This document shows positions 9,790-18,217 of a stretch of 64,000 nucleotides of DNA, piece by piece. Source of the DNA: a virus; the IMG/VR virus record IMGVR_UViG_3300015259_000005, positions 1,244 to 65,243 of that record. One strand, given 5' to 3'. Numbering within the stretch: the stretch's first letter is position 1; the number at the start of each line of letters is the position of its first letter. The position numbers and the translations under genes were made by a program. The notes beneath the pieces are model-generated. The model was given only the letters and a program-made list of their open reading frames with translations, had not been told where the DNA came from and did no database searches.

Positions 9790-10062
9790 CTACTCGGCCG
9801 AAACTTCGCTGACCGGGCCGGGCGTGGTCGGGCCGGTATCCACGTCGGGATCGCTCTTCAGCGCCTCGACGAACGAGCTCACCGCGACGGCGAGAGCCAC
9901 GTAGGCGTCCACCGCGACGGTCGCCGCGTTGATCACCTGCTCGACTACGGCCCCGGCGCTGTCGCCGAGGTCGAGCCCGAAGAGCGCGCCGTTCGCGGCC
10001 ACTGCCGCCACGACCTTGCCCTTGTGCTTCGCGACCGCTGCGATGAAATCCTGAATCTTCAT
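9790..10062 (-). CDS. small hydrophobic protein
   Basis: MKIQDFIAAVAKHKGKVVAAVAANGALFG..; Ala/Val-rich. Confidence 0.5.
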   Translation of the reverse strand: MKIQDFIAAVAKHKGKVVAAVAANGALFGLDLGDSAGAVVEQVINAATVAVDAYVALAVAVSSFVEALKSDPDVDTGPTTPGPVSEVSAE

Positions 10063-10076
10063 GGTTCTGAATCCCC

Positions 10077-10427
10077 CTAGTTGTTGATGTCGTCTTCGAC
10101 GATGAAGCGACCCGTGGCGAGTGTCCGAACGGTGCTGCCGTTCGTCCACTGCACGTCGTAGTAGTACGATCGACGCTCGATGTTCATCTGCGTCGTGGTA
10201 GGTTGAAACGTGACGACGCCGCTGGCGCCCGGAGTGTTGGTGGGAGAGAGCTGCCACTCATTCGCTGCGGAACCGTCCGACGAACGGTTGACGGTGAAGG
10301 CGAAAGTGCCGCCCGTTAGGTCGATGGGCAGGCCGGTCAGCGGATCGGTGACCGTGACGGTGAGAACGGGGTTGTCGCCCCGCCAAACGATGATGTCTTC
10401 GACGACCGGCGAGAGATCGAGTGCCAC
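10077..10427 (-). CDS. BppU-N/Ig-like virion protein
   Basis: RGD...TVTD..G.PIDLTG....YYYDVQ...TL..G.F.V pattern. Confidence 0.6.
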   Translation of the reverse strand: MALDLSPVVEDIIVWRGDNPVLTVTVTDPLTGLPIDLTGGTFAFTVNRSSDGSAANEWQLSPTNTPGASGVVTFQPTTTQMNIERRSYYYDVQWTNGSTVRTLATGRFIVEDDINN

Positions 10428-10429
10428 GG

Positions 10430-10666
10430 CTACTCCGCGTCGAGCAGTTGGACGCCGACCGGGAGTGCCGCGGTGCGCGTCTTGAAGGTGTCGAAGTCGC
10501 CCGGATCCGCCTGCCGGAACCGAAGCTGGTTGCGTGTCGGCAACGCGCGCGGCGCGTGCAAGCCGTGCGCCTGAAGCCACCGCCGCGCGTCTACCTCGCG
10601 CCAGCCGCGGCCGCGGTTCACGCTGGGCGGCGACTCGTGCATCGAGAAGCGGACGCTCTGGATCAT
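10430..10666 (-). CDS. small basic hypothetical protein
   Basis: MIQSVRF...ARRWLQAHG...LRFRQADP..F. Confidence 0.55.
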   Translation of the reverse strand: MIQSVRFSMHESPPSVNRGRGWREVDARRWLQAHGLHAPRALPTRNQLRFRQADPGDFDTFKTRTAALPVGVQLLDAE

Positions 10667-10765
10667 GGCGGCCTAACATGGAGCCAGACCACGAGCGTCG
10701 CACTCGGAACCGCGCCTCCCCGGCGCCGGGTCGTCACGACATGCCTTTGCGGCTTCTGGCAGAAG

Positions 10766-10841
10766 TGGGAGCGGGAGCGGGGCTCGAACCCGCGACACGC
10801 GGCTTATGGGGCCGCTGCTCTACCAACTGAGCTATCCCGCA
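10766..10841 (-). tRNA. tRNA with CAT anticodon (Met/fMet-like, atypical)
   Basis: TGCGGGA-TAGCTCAGTTGGTAGAGC-A-GCGGC-CCCATAA-GCCGC-GTGTC-GCGGG-TTCGAGC-CCCGC-TCCCGCT-C-CCA; U1:U72 mismatch, C33. Confidence 0.88.
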
Positions 10842-10847
10842 GTAGAG

Positions 10848-10988
10848 GGTGACGCCCCTGGATCCCTGGTTATTCCCCGGCTGGAGGGATCTCCGCGCGT
10901 GCCGGGCCAGATGCCACCTGCATAGGGCGTCGTGGTGGCCCACGCGGCATTCGCTATTCGCGAATCGCGAATGCCGCGAGGGTCACAG
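10848..10988 (-). ncRNA. candidate structured RNA upstream of tRNA-Met
   Basis: Long hairpin GCGGCAUUCGC/GCGAAUGCCGC and a multibranch domain closed by GACGCCCU/GGGGCGUC. Confidence 0.35.
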
Positions 10989-11180
10989 TCTGTCGCGCTC
11001 GAACGCGATCTCTCGCTCGAGCTCGAGGAGGCCGCCGCCGAGCGCGTCGAACTCCGGGTTGCCCGGGCGCACGTGGCCGCGCTCGAAGTCGCGCTGGTGT
11101 GCGGCGCGGTGCCGCTCCAGCGCGGTGAGACGCGCGTTCGAGGCGGGCCGCGAGAAGAGCTTGCGGATGCTATCGAGCAT
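10983..11180 (-). CDS. hypothetical protein
   Basis: 65 aa ORF in operon order. Confidence 0.45.
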   Translation of the reverse strand: MLDSIRKLFSRPASNARLTALERHRAAHQRDFERGHVRPGNPEFDALGGGLLELEREIAFERDRL

Positions 11181-11436
11181 CGTACTCGGGGACGCGCACG
11201 CGGAAGCTCGACCACGCGCCTTCTGCCAGCCACGCGCGGCCGTAGCCGTCGCGCCACATGGGCAGCGTGGTGGTCATGCCGGTGCGCTCGTATCGCTGCA
11301 TCGGGCGCCCGCCAGTGAGACGGGCGAGCAGCCGGCGCGCCTTGCTAGGCGGAACGGGGAGTACCACGTAGACTCCGAGTGTGAGGACGGCGAGCGCTAC
11401 GGTCGCGCAGCCGCGGAAGAATCGTTCGCGCCACAC
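11170..11436 (-). CDS. hypothetical membrane protein
   Basis: Hydrophobic VALAVLTLGVYVVLP segment. Confidence 0.45.
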   Translation of the reverse strand: MWRERFFRGCATVALAVLTLGVYVVLPVPPSKARRLLARLTGGRPMQRYERTGMTTTLPMWRDGYGRAWLAEGAWSSFRVRVPEYDAR

Positions 11437-11966
11437 GGGGCGTCCCCCTCGCGCACTGCGGCGAGCTCGCGCACGCCGGGACCGGGAACCGCCGCGAGCG
11501 GCGGCGTGTACTCCGCGTCGACCACTTCGTCTGCGAAGGGGTCGTACTCCACGGGCGCGCCGGCGCGCTCGAGCTCGTGCCCGATCACCGCGACGGCATC
11601 CTCGAAGTCTTCGAGCTCTGCGACGAACCGGGCGACCAGTTGAGCGGGGAGCGCTTCCAACGCTCGGACCTTGTCGCGCAGGTACTTGAGCTCGTCCTTC
11701 TCGTGCAGCCGCTCGAATAGCACCAGGGCCTCGAACGACTGCTGCGGCATGTCACTGCGGACGATGCCGTCCACGACGGGGAGGTGCTTGAACGTGCCGC
11801 GCGCGCAGCCGTTCGCGCCCATCACGAGCGTGAAACTGAGAACGACTTCGGGGATCGGGTTGCCCTGGTAGTCGAGCAGCCGGGTGTTCTCGGGTGTGCC
11901 GTCGCCGACCAAGCGGACGACGCGATCACTCGAGGTGTGGAGCCGAACCGTGCGGATCACCTGCAT
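11397..11966 (-). CDS. hypothetical protein, first gene after the structured leader
   Basis: 189 aa; AGGA RBS. Confidence 0.6.
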   Translation of the reverse strand: MQVIRTVRLHTSSDRVVRLVGDGTPENTRLLDYQGNPIPEVVLSFTLVMGANGCARGTFKHLPVVDGIVRSDMPQQSFEALVLFERLHEKDELKYLRDKVRALEALPAQLVARFVAELEDFEDAVAVIGHELERAGAPVEYDPFADEVVDAEYTPPLAAVPGPGVRELAAVREGDAPCGANDSSAAARP

Positions 11967-11983
11967 GGGGGAGTTCCTGTCGT

Positions 11984-12306
11984 GCCGATCCGGTACCAGC
12001 CCGGATCGTGTTAGGCGCCGCCAGGACGCCTAGTGCTCTTGAGGACTATGCCCCCGTGGGGGCCGCTGAGTGGGCCGAGGCCGGTGTCGCTCACGGGCGA
12101 CGGGCCGGGGCTGGAGCACCGCGCCCCCGCGCGTCGAGCCTCGCCGAAGCGGAGCGCACGCGGGGGCGCGGGTCAGTGGGGATGTCTCCGACAGCCGGCT
12201 CTCGCGAGAGCCCTGCCGGCGAGCCGCCACCTCCCCGGGCGGCGGTCGTGCGCGGCGGTGCGCGGCCTCACACGAGAGAAGCCGGCCGCCGACACCACTG
12301 CCAGGG
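11984..12306 (-). ncRNA. about 320-nt highly structured leader or ncRNA
   Basis: Contiguous stems: CAGUGG/CCACUG-closed multibranch domain, 13-bp CCGCGCCCCCGCG/CGCGGGGGCGCGG with a C(UUCG)G loop on the minus strand, GUGCUC/GAGCAC domain, UAGGCG/CGCCUA, CGAUCCGG/CCGGAUCG. Confidence 0.55.
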
Positions 12307-12314
12307 TTCCGCAG

Positions 12315-12344
12315 AAGATAGCACGTCGTTCAGGCCGGTGTCAA
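12315..12344 (-). promoter_or_regulatory. sigma-70-type promoter, putative late-operon promoter
   Basis: TTGACA-18 nt-TATCTT with TGn extended -10; predicted start near 12308, at the 5' end of the structured region. Confidence 0.6.
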
Positions 12345-12387
12345 ATCCCGTCACCGCAGCCGAGGGCCGGGTGACGAAATTCGTCAA
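12338..12387. promoter_or_regulatory. two GTGACG-N5-CGTCAC-type sites
   Basis: GTGTCA-AATCC-CGTCAC (12338-12354, overlaps the -35) and GTGACG-AAATT-CGTCAA (12371-12387). Confidence 0.6.
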
Positions 12388-12866
12388 CGCCGGCGGCGGC
12401 TTAGGGCGGCGAGCAGGAGCAGTGCGGCGGCGAGCGCCGGGAGGCCGGGCTCGGGCAGAGGCTCGGCGGTGCCGTCCTCGTACTCGACGAATCCGATCTC
12501 TAAGGGCTCGGATCTGCTACAGATTCGCTGCATCTGGCAGCCGTTCTCGTCGCACACCTCTTGGAGCTCGAGCAGGCAATTCTGGCAAATTCCCCAGTTA
12601 AACCACGTAGTTGAGTGGTCGAACACCGCCATCAAGCCGGTCGGCCACTCCTCGACCGGCACGGGCTCGTCGCGGTCGGGCGCACGCTCGGACCACGGGC
12701 AGCACGAGACGAGGAACACCTCGCGGTCGGCGTAGTCGATCACGTCCTGGGGCAGATAGCACCCGACGCGCGGGTCGTACTCGCCGCCGGTCAGCAGCGG
12801 CGCGGCGAGCAGCGCGACGGCGAGCGCGAGCGCGACGATCGGGGCACGAGCGCGGGCGGCCATCAC
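12384..12866 (-). CDS. PEP-CTERM sorting-signal protein, Cys-rich
   Basis: N-terminal signal peptide; C-terminal LPEPGLPALAAALLLLAALSRRRR (PEP + TM + Arg tail). Confidence 0.8.
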   Translation of the reverse strand: MMAARARAPIVALALAVALLAAPLLTGGEYDPRVGCYLPQDVIDYADREVFLVSCCPWSERAPDRDEPVPVEEWPTGLMAVFDHSTTWFNWGICQNCLLELQEVCDENGCQMQRICSRSEPLEIGFVEYEDGTAEPLPEPGLPALAAALLLLAALSRRRR

Positions 12867-13093
12867 ATACGAGCTCCGGGTGGTCCTGGGACGTTCGGCC
12901 GGAGTGTAGCAGATCCGCGGGGCCCGGCGCTACCTCGACCCGAGCCAGCGGCCGGCGAAGTGCCCGAGGAGCCCGAGCACGGCGCCGGCGAGGCCGCAGA
13001 TGAACCCGGTGCGGCCGGGGCCGTCCGGGAGCAGCATGAGCGCGGCGCCGGGCACGAGGGCGAGCGCGAACAGCAGCGAGAGCGGGAGGGGCT

Positions 13094-13486
13094 TCACCAG
13101 TTGCTCGGGATGCCGTCGGTGCGGCGGCCGATCGGGCGCTCGTCGGGGTCCGGGCGCTCGAGCTCGCGCTGCGGGCGCTCGTCCCAGAGCCGCTGCCCCG
13201 CGGTGATCAGATCGTTCGCGCACGGCGCGTTCATCGCCCCGAGCGTGTGGCCCGCTTCGCGCACGCCGCGCCCGATCACGTTCAGCCGCCAGCGCTCGTC
13301 CGCGTCCACGTACCCGATCGCTTCGTCGATCTCGTGCTCGGCCCAGCGCAGCACCGCGCGGATCGCCGCGCGCCGTGCGAGGCCGGCCTTCGACATGCGC
13401 CGCGTGCGCGACGACTGCGCGCGCCGCGCCGCGCGGATCCGGCGCAGCAGATCGTACATCTCGACGCCCGACATGGGCTCTTTCAT
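13094..13486 (-). CDS. hypothetical protein
   Basis: 130 aa; ATGA coupling with the upstream ORF. Confidence 0.5.
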   Translation of the reverse strand: MKEPMSGVEMYDLLRRIRAARRAQSSRTRRMSKAGLARRAAIRAVLRWAEHEIDEAIGYVDADERWRLNVIGRGVREAGHTLGAMNAPCANDLITAGQRLWDERPQRELERPDPDERPIGRRTDGIPSNW

Positions 13487-13756
13487 CGCTTGGGCCCTCC
13501 GTTGAGCGCGATAGTGATGCCGCGCGTTAGTTCGTCGACCGCGTGCGTGTCCCAGTCCTCCCAGGATTGGAACGCGCGACCCTGCCGGTCGTCACGCATC
13601 TCGTCGTACGCGCGCTTCACGATCTCGCGAAGGTCGTTGCTCGGCGGGTTCACGGGCAACCCCCGAACCACGCGCCGATCGCGATCCCGATCAGGAACGC
13701 CGCGAGCTCGCCGTCCGTTCCGTCGAGCACGTCCCACCACGGGCGCTTCGGCGCGC

Positions 13757-13993
13757 TCATTTGATCGCCTTCCATTGGTCGGTGTCCGTGCGCTCGAAGA
13801 CGCGCGCCCGGTTCTGCCGCCCGCGCAGCGACTCGTACTCCGCGAGCGCGCGGGCGCGGTCGTTGGTCTGGAATACGAGCGCGCGGCCGTAGATGTTGGC
13901 GCTCTTCACGGTCACGGCGTACAGGTGCCCGCCGACCGCCCAGCGCAGCGCGCTCTCGTCGTTCTTCCCGATCGCGTGTTCGACGTGGGGCAT
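13757..13993 (-). CDS. hypothetical protein
   Basis: 78 aa; GGAGG RBS inside the ligase 3' end. Confidence 0.55.
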   Translation of the reverse strand: MPHVEHAIGKNDESALRWAVGGHLYAVTVKSANIYGRALVFQTNDRARALAEYESLRGRQNRARVFERTDTDQWKAIK

Positions 13994-13994
13994 G

Positions 13995-14885
13995 TCAGTC
14001 CTCCCGAAACGCCTTGAAGCCGGGGAACCGCGGCGCGTTGAGCACGCCGTGGGGCTGGTACTTGAACGTCACCGTGCGCCCGACAAGCGCTTCGCGCCCG
14101 ATCCACAACGTCTCGCGCTCGGCCGCGGTCAGCACGCCGGGCGCGCAACGCACCTCGACGCCAGGGAACGCCGGGCACTCGAGCACGAAGCCGCCTAGCG
14201 TGTTCTTGCCGCTCTTGCCGGCCTTCGCGCTCGAGCGCTTCGTGCGCCCGAGCGCGTCACGCTCCGCGACGTTGCCGTTGTGCTGGCCCTCGTACACCGA
14301 GACGATGGTGCCCTCGGCGTCCTGCCAGCGCTTCACCTTGAGCAGCCCGCCCTCGCGCGTCGTGGAGCGCCCGAACTTGTACCGGCCCTCCGGGTTGCGG
14401 AGCATCATGCCCTCATAGCCCGCTTCGACTGCGCAGTGCTCGAAGTAGTCCGCGCCCGCGGCGTCGCGCACCTCTTGGTGGAACACCATCTTGATCCCGG
14501 GCAGGTTCGCGTTTGCGACCTTCGCGCGCGCCGTCTCGAGACGCTCGCGGAACGGCGCGAGCGGCGTGATCCAGTGGTCCACGTGGTCGAACACGTAGAA
14601 CATGGCCGCGTCCGCGGCGCCGTTCTCACGCATCACCGCGCTCGTGCTGTGCTGCATCGCGTTCGGGTGCGTCGGGTCGCCGCCGATCAACTCACCATCG
14701 AGCCCGAGCAGCCGCGGGTCCGAGAGCGCCGCGGCGAGCGCCCGATTCGGGATCGGGAGCAGCTTGCGCGTGACCGGGCCGTCCGGCGTGATGATGCAGC
14801 GGATCCCGTCCAGCTTCACCGAAGCGAGCTTCGGGTACGTGAGCGTGTCGTCTGCCTTGCCTGCCAGCATGGGTTTGAACGCCAT
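13995..14885 (-). CDS. ATP-dependent DNA ligase
   Basis: Motif I KLDGIR, III LDGEL, IIIa FYVFD, IV EGMMLR, V LLKVK, VI PRFP. Confidence 0.95.
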   Translation of the reverse strand: MAFKPMLAGKADDTLTYPKLASVKLDGIRCIITPDGPVTRKLLPIPNRALAAALSDPRLLGLDGELIGGDPTHPNAMQHSTSAVMRENGAADAAMFYVFDHVDHWITPLAPFRERLETARAKVANANLPGIKMVFHQEVRDAAGADYFEHCAVEAGYEGMMLRNPEGRYKFGRSTTREGGLLKVKRWQDAEGTIVSVYEGQHNGNVAERDALGRTKRSSAKAGKSGKNTLGGFVLECPAFPGVEVRCAPGVLTAAERETLWIGREALVGRTVTFKYQPHGVLNAPRFPGFKAFRED

Positions 14886-14886
14886 G

Positions 14887-15507
14887 TTAGGCGTCCATCT
14901 CGATCATCTCTTCGCCGTCCGGGTCGCGCGGCAGACCGAACTCGTCGACCAGCCGGCGGGACATCGAGATGATGTACTCGTCGTTCATCGTGCTCACCAG
15001 CTTGACCGTGCTCTTGATCCGCTCGGTCGTCTTCGTCGGGCGCGTGAGCTTCACGTGCGGGTAGGGCCCGAGATCGCTCGCGATCGACATGAGCTCGTGG
15101 AGCAGGCGCGCGCCGGGCGTCGTCGCGGTCCACGGCTTCTCGAGCCCGACCGCGCGGGCCGCCTTCACGAACTCGCCCTTGTGCTTCTGATCGGTGCCGA
15201 CCGCGGCGTGGACCATCTCGTGCAGCAGCGTCGCGAGCACGGCGATTACGTCGTCGAGCTCCGGCGAGATGAACACGTGGTGGGTCTGCCCGTCGGCCGC
15301 GCAGCCGCGCGACCAGCACTCGCCGATCCGCTTGCGGCCGCCCTTCGGAAAGCCGGTGCTCACCGCGAGCGCCGTCAGCCCGAGCGGGAAGTCGGGGACG
15401 TAGCGCTCGAGCAGCACGTTCAGAGAGAGCGCCGCCTCGCGCAGCCACGCCTCGCGGGTGTGGTGAAGGAAGGGCGACGTGATCGGTGCGTCGGTTGCGT
15501 CGTTCAT
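14887..15507 (-). CDS. SprT-like zinc metallopeptidase
   Basis: TRE.WL...IGECW...FISP...LLHEMVHA...HKGEF. Confidence 0.75.
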   Translation of the reverse strand: MNDATDAPITSPFLHHTREAWLREAALSLNVLLERYVPDFPLGLTALAVSTGFPKGGRKRIGECWSRGCAADGQTHHVFISPELDDVIAVLATLLHEMVHAAVGTDQKHKGEFVKAARAVGLEKPWTATTPGARLLHELMSIASDLGPYPHVKLTRPTKTTERIKSTVKLVSTMNDEYIISMSRRLVDEFGLPRDPDGEEMIEMDA

Positions 15508-15776
15508 CGGGTGACCTCGTACTCCCAGAGGCCGCTCACCGCGGAGCGGCGCCGTTTGTTCACCGTGTAGCTCCCGAAGCGCGGCTTCCGCAAGTGGCGA
15601 AGCTGCGCGGACACCGACGCGGGCGGATCGCCGGTCGCCGCGGAGATTTCGGGCAGGCTGTGGTAGCCGGGGTGCCCGATCATGAAATCGCGGATGCGGT
15701 TCATCTGGGTGCGCACTCGGCGGCCGTCGATCTGCTCGTCGTACGCCGGCCCGAAGGTCGAGCTAGCCGCGGACAT
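15504..15776 (-). CDS. winged-HTH DNA-binding protein
   Basis: SLPEISAATGDPPASVSAQLRHLRK..FG...V.KR....GLWEY. Confidence 0.7.
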   Translation of the reverse strand: MSAASSTFGPAYDEQIDGRRVRTQMNRIRDFMIGHPGYHSLPEISAATGDPPASVSAQLRHLRKPRFGSYTVNKRRRSAVSGLWEYEVTR

Positions 15777-15948
15777 TGAGCTCGACCTCGAGCCGCTCGG
15801 CGCCCACGTTCAGGGCGGCGAAGGCGTCGTGGATGTCGGTCAGCGCGGCGTCGCGGTGCTCGTCGCGCTGCGGGCGCTGGATCACGCTGCGGGCGGACTC
15901 GAGCGCGCGACGGATCGTCCGTTCGGCCCGGTCGGTGAGGATTTGCAT
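15763..15948 (-). CDS. hypothetical protein
   Basis: 61 aa; AGGAG RBS. Confidence 0.55.
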   Translation of the reverse strand: MQILTDRAERTIRRALESARSVIQRPQRDEHRDAALTDIHDAFAALNVGAERLEVELNVRG

Positions 15949-15996
15949 GAGGGCTCCTGTGAGGGTGTGGGAGACGTATCGGCCGGCACGAACGGA

Positions 15997-16025
15997 ACTT
16001 TAGCGCTCGGCAGGGTCGGATGCCA
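15997..16025 (-). promoter_or_regulatory. sigma-70-like promoter
   Basis: TGGCAT-17-TAAAGT; CGCTAAAGTTC shared with the promoter at 28474-28501. Confidence 0.5.
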
Positions 16026-16089
16026 CAGTCGGCTAAGTAGTCGGTTCGCCTCGGGAAGTGTCTCCCAGAATCACCCGTTTTTCTGACAG

Positions 16090-16825
16090 CCTGTTAGGCA
16101 GCGGGTGCCGAGATTTGTCACTTACCGAAAAACGGGAAGTGCCCAAAAACGTAGGCCGAATTTGGCGTTACGTGGGCGCAGCGCGCCGAGTTGCGTTTTA
16201 GTTGCCTACCCCCGGTGTTAGGCGGGTGTTAGGCCGCACTAACAGCAACTAACAGGCAAGACGATTTCCCTAGTAATACCACACACTTAGCTAGCCTTAC
16301 CCACCTAACACACTAACTAACACACTCGCTAGGTACTGGCCTACGCCTAACACCCTCTACAGCTACCTAACCCCCTGTATCTAGTGACGTTTTCCGTCAC
16401 TTCACCCCTACACAGTAGCGGGAGGCTACGCGCAGCGGTATGCGCCTAGTTGCACATTGCGTCAGTGAGGGTTTCGTGAGTGATTCCGTAGGGTTAGGGG
16501 TTGTATAGGGGGGTAGCGTTAGCGGGTTTTCTAGCGCTCGCTGCGCTGCGCGCCTACATAGCCACATAGTGGCTAACGCTGCCACCCCGAGGCGGGAGGC
16601 AACATATACCCCGAAGGGTGCGCGCTAGCGGCGCTTTTCCCCTTCGCTATCCACTAGACCACTAGTAGCCACATACTCCTATAGTAGGTGTGGGGATAGG
16701 GGTACTACATACCCGCTAGCTCTACGTTTCCAGCCCTCTCTATATAGGTATATGTGGCTATAGTGTCATTCTCTGCTATATCAAGGGGTTAACGTGGCTA
16801 TCTGCTAGTGGCCTAGTAGTGGCAC
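16090..16825. repeat. non-coding repeat-rich region (origin and/or terminus or injection-stop candidate)
   Basis: About 10 TGTTAG/CTAAC(A) copies at 16092-16371; opposing TAGCCAC/CCACTAG and GTGGCTA/TAGTGGC copies at 16559-16823 around TATATAGGTATAT; perfect GTGACG-TTTTC-CGTCAC at 16384-16400. Confidence 0.65.
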
Positions 16826-17374
16826 CTCTGGCAAACCCGAGGCGGACGGTTAGCCGATCCGAGCGCGTGCGCGCGTCCGCCCATCGGGCAAAACGGCAAG
16901 CGCCCGACGCGCATACTCGGCGCGTCGGGCGCTAACCCGTTTCGGACGATCGGGCGCTAGCTCGCGCCGCACCCCCGAGCCGTACAGCGGCGCGCGGAGA
17001 GTGCAACCGCGACGCGCGCCGCATCCGAGCGGCGCGGGTATGTGTGCCCCGACGCGCTGCCGCACGTCGCGCACGCGACGCGGAACCCACCCGGCACGGG
17101 CACTACGGCGCGGGTGCCGCAAACGAAGCGGGCGGCGGCCGTCACAGCGGCTCGCCCGACGCGATCGCGGCCGACTCCCGCGCGTCCGCGTCCGCGTCGG
17201 CGCAATACTGCGCGGCGAGCGCGTGCGACCCCCGAGCGGCGCACCGATCGGCCGCCCGATAGCCGGCGGCAGCGGAGCGCGCGAGCCGATCGGCGCGAGC
17301 GTAGGCGGCCGTGCTTCGCTCCGCGGCGATTGCGAGCGGAACCCACGCGCGCGGGTTGGCGCAGCGTCCGCCGC

Positions 17375-17755
17375 TCACTTCGCGCCCTCCGACGCGATCG
17401 CGAGCCCTACACCGCAACCGCCCGCGTCGGGATGGCACACGGCTACAGTGCCGTCTGTTTCGCGCGCTGCGCGCTCCGCTGTGAAAGCGTGAACGGCGAG
17501 CGCGCCGCAAGACGGGCAGCGGACGGGCAACCCTGCGACACACTCGCGCAGCGGCGGCGCTTCGCCGCACGCGCGCGCCACGTCCGCCGAGATTGCGGCG
17601 AGCACGCGCGCCCGATTGCCGCGGTACCCCTCCCCTTTCGCGATCGCGAGCGCGGAGCGGCGGCGCGATAGCCGTAGCCCTTTCGCTTCCATCGCGAGCG
17701 CGGAGCGCAGCGCAGCGAAACGCGCGAAGCGGATAGCCTCGGGGGTGTCCAGCAT
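17375..17755 (-). CDS. hypothetical protein with C-terminal Zn ribbon
   Basis: ALAMEAKGLRLSRRRSA..; CPSC...CHPDAGGCG. Confidence 0.55.
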   Translation of the reverse strand: MLDTPEAIRFARFAALRSALAMEAKGLRLSRRRSALAIAKGEGYRGNRARVLAAISADVARACGEAPPLRECVAGLPVRCPSCGALAVHAFTAERAARETDGTVAVCHPDAGGCGVGLAIASEGAK

Positions 17756-18217
17756 GATTCCGCCGCCGCTCACTTTTCGCACCCGAAGCAACGGCAGTAC
17801 CCGTGCGGTTGCGGCCGTGCCATCGCGCGCACAGCGGCGGCAGCGTGCAAGTAGGCGTCCGCCGCGCCGCGCCGATAACCCGCGTCCTCGGGATCGCCGT
17901 TATCCGCGGCGCGGCGCATCGCTGCGCCCTCGCCGTCGATCCATTTGGCAGCGGCAAGAATTGCCGCCGCGCCCTCGCCGTCGAATTGAACGGGCACGGC
18001 TACGCCCCCACTGCGCGGCGCGGCTCGCGGATCCCGAGCGCTCGCGCCCGATCGGCCGCCGCGTCGGCGCGCGCCGCGTCCAGCAGGCGAAACGCGCGCG
18101 ACTCTTCCGCGCGCCGCATGCGGCGCGTAGCGCTGCCGATCGGGGCCAGCCCTACCAGCGCACCCGAAAGCATCGCGATACGCGCGCAGCGCTCCAGTAG
18201 TGAGATTGAGCGGCCCA

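Noticed and set aside
12288-12303. TGGCAGTGGTGTCGGC and TGGCATCCGACCCTGC (16010-16025) as sigma-54 promoters
   Set aside because: GG-GC spacing is one base too long; better explained as an RNA stem and a sigma-70-like -35 respectively
17433-17448. TGGCACACGGCTACAG, resembling the sigma-54 promoters
   Set aside because: Lacks the -12 GC, is on the opposite strand and lies within coding sequence (VAVCHP)
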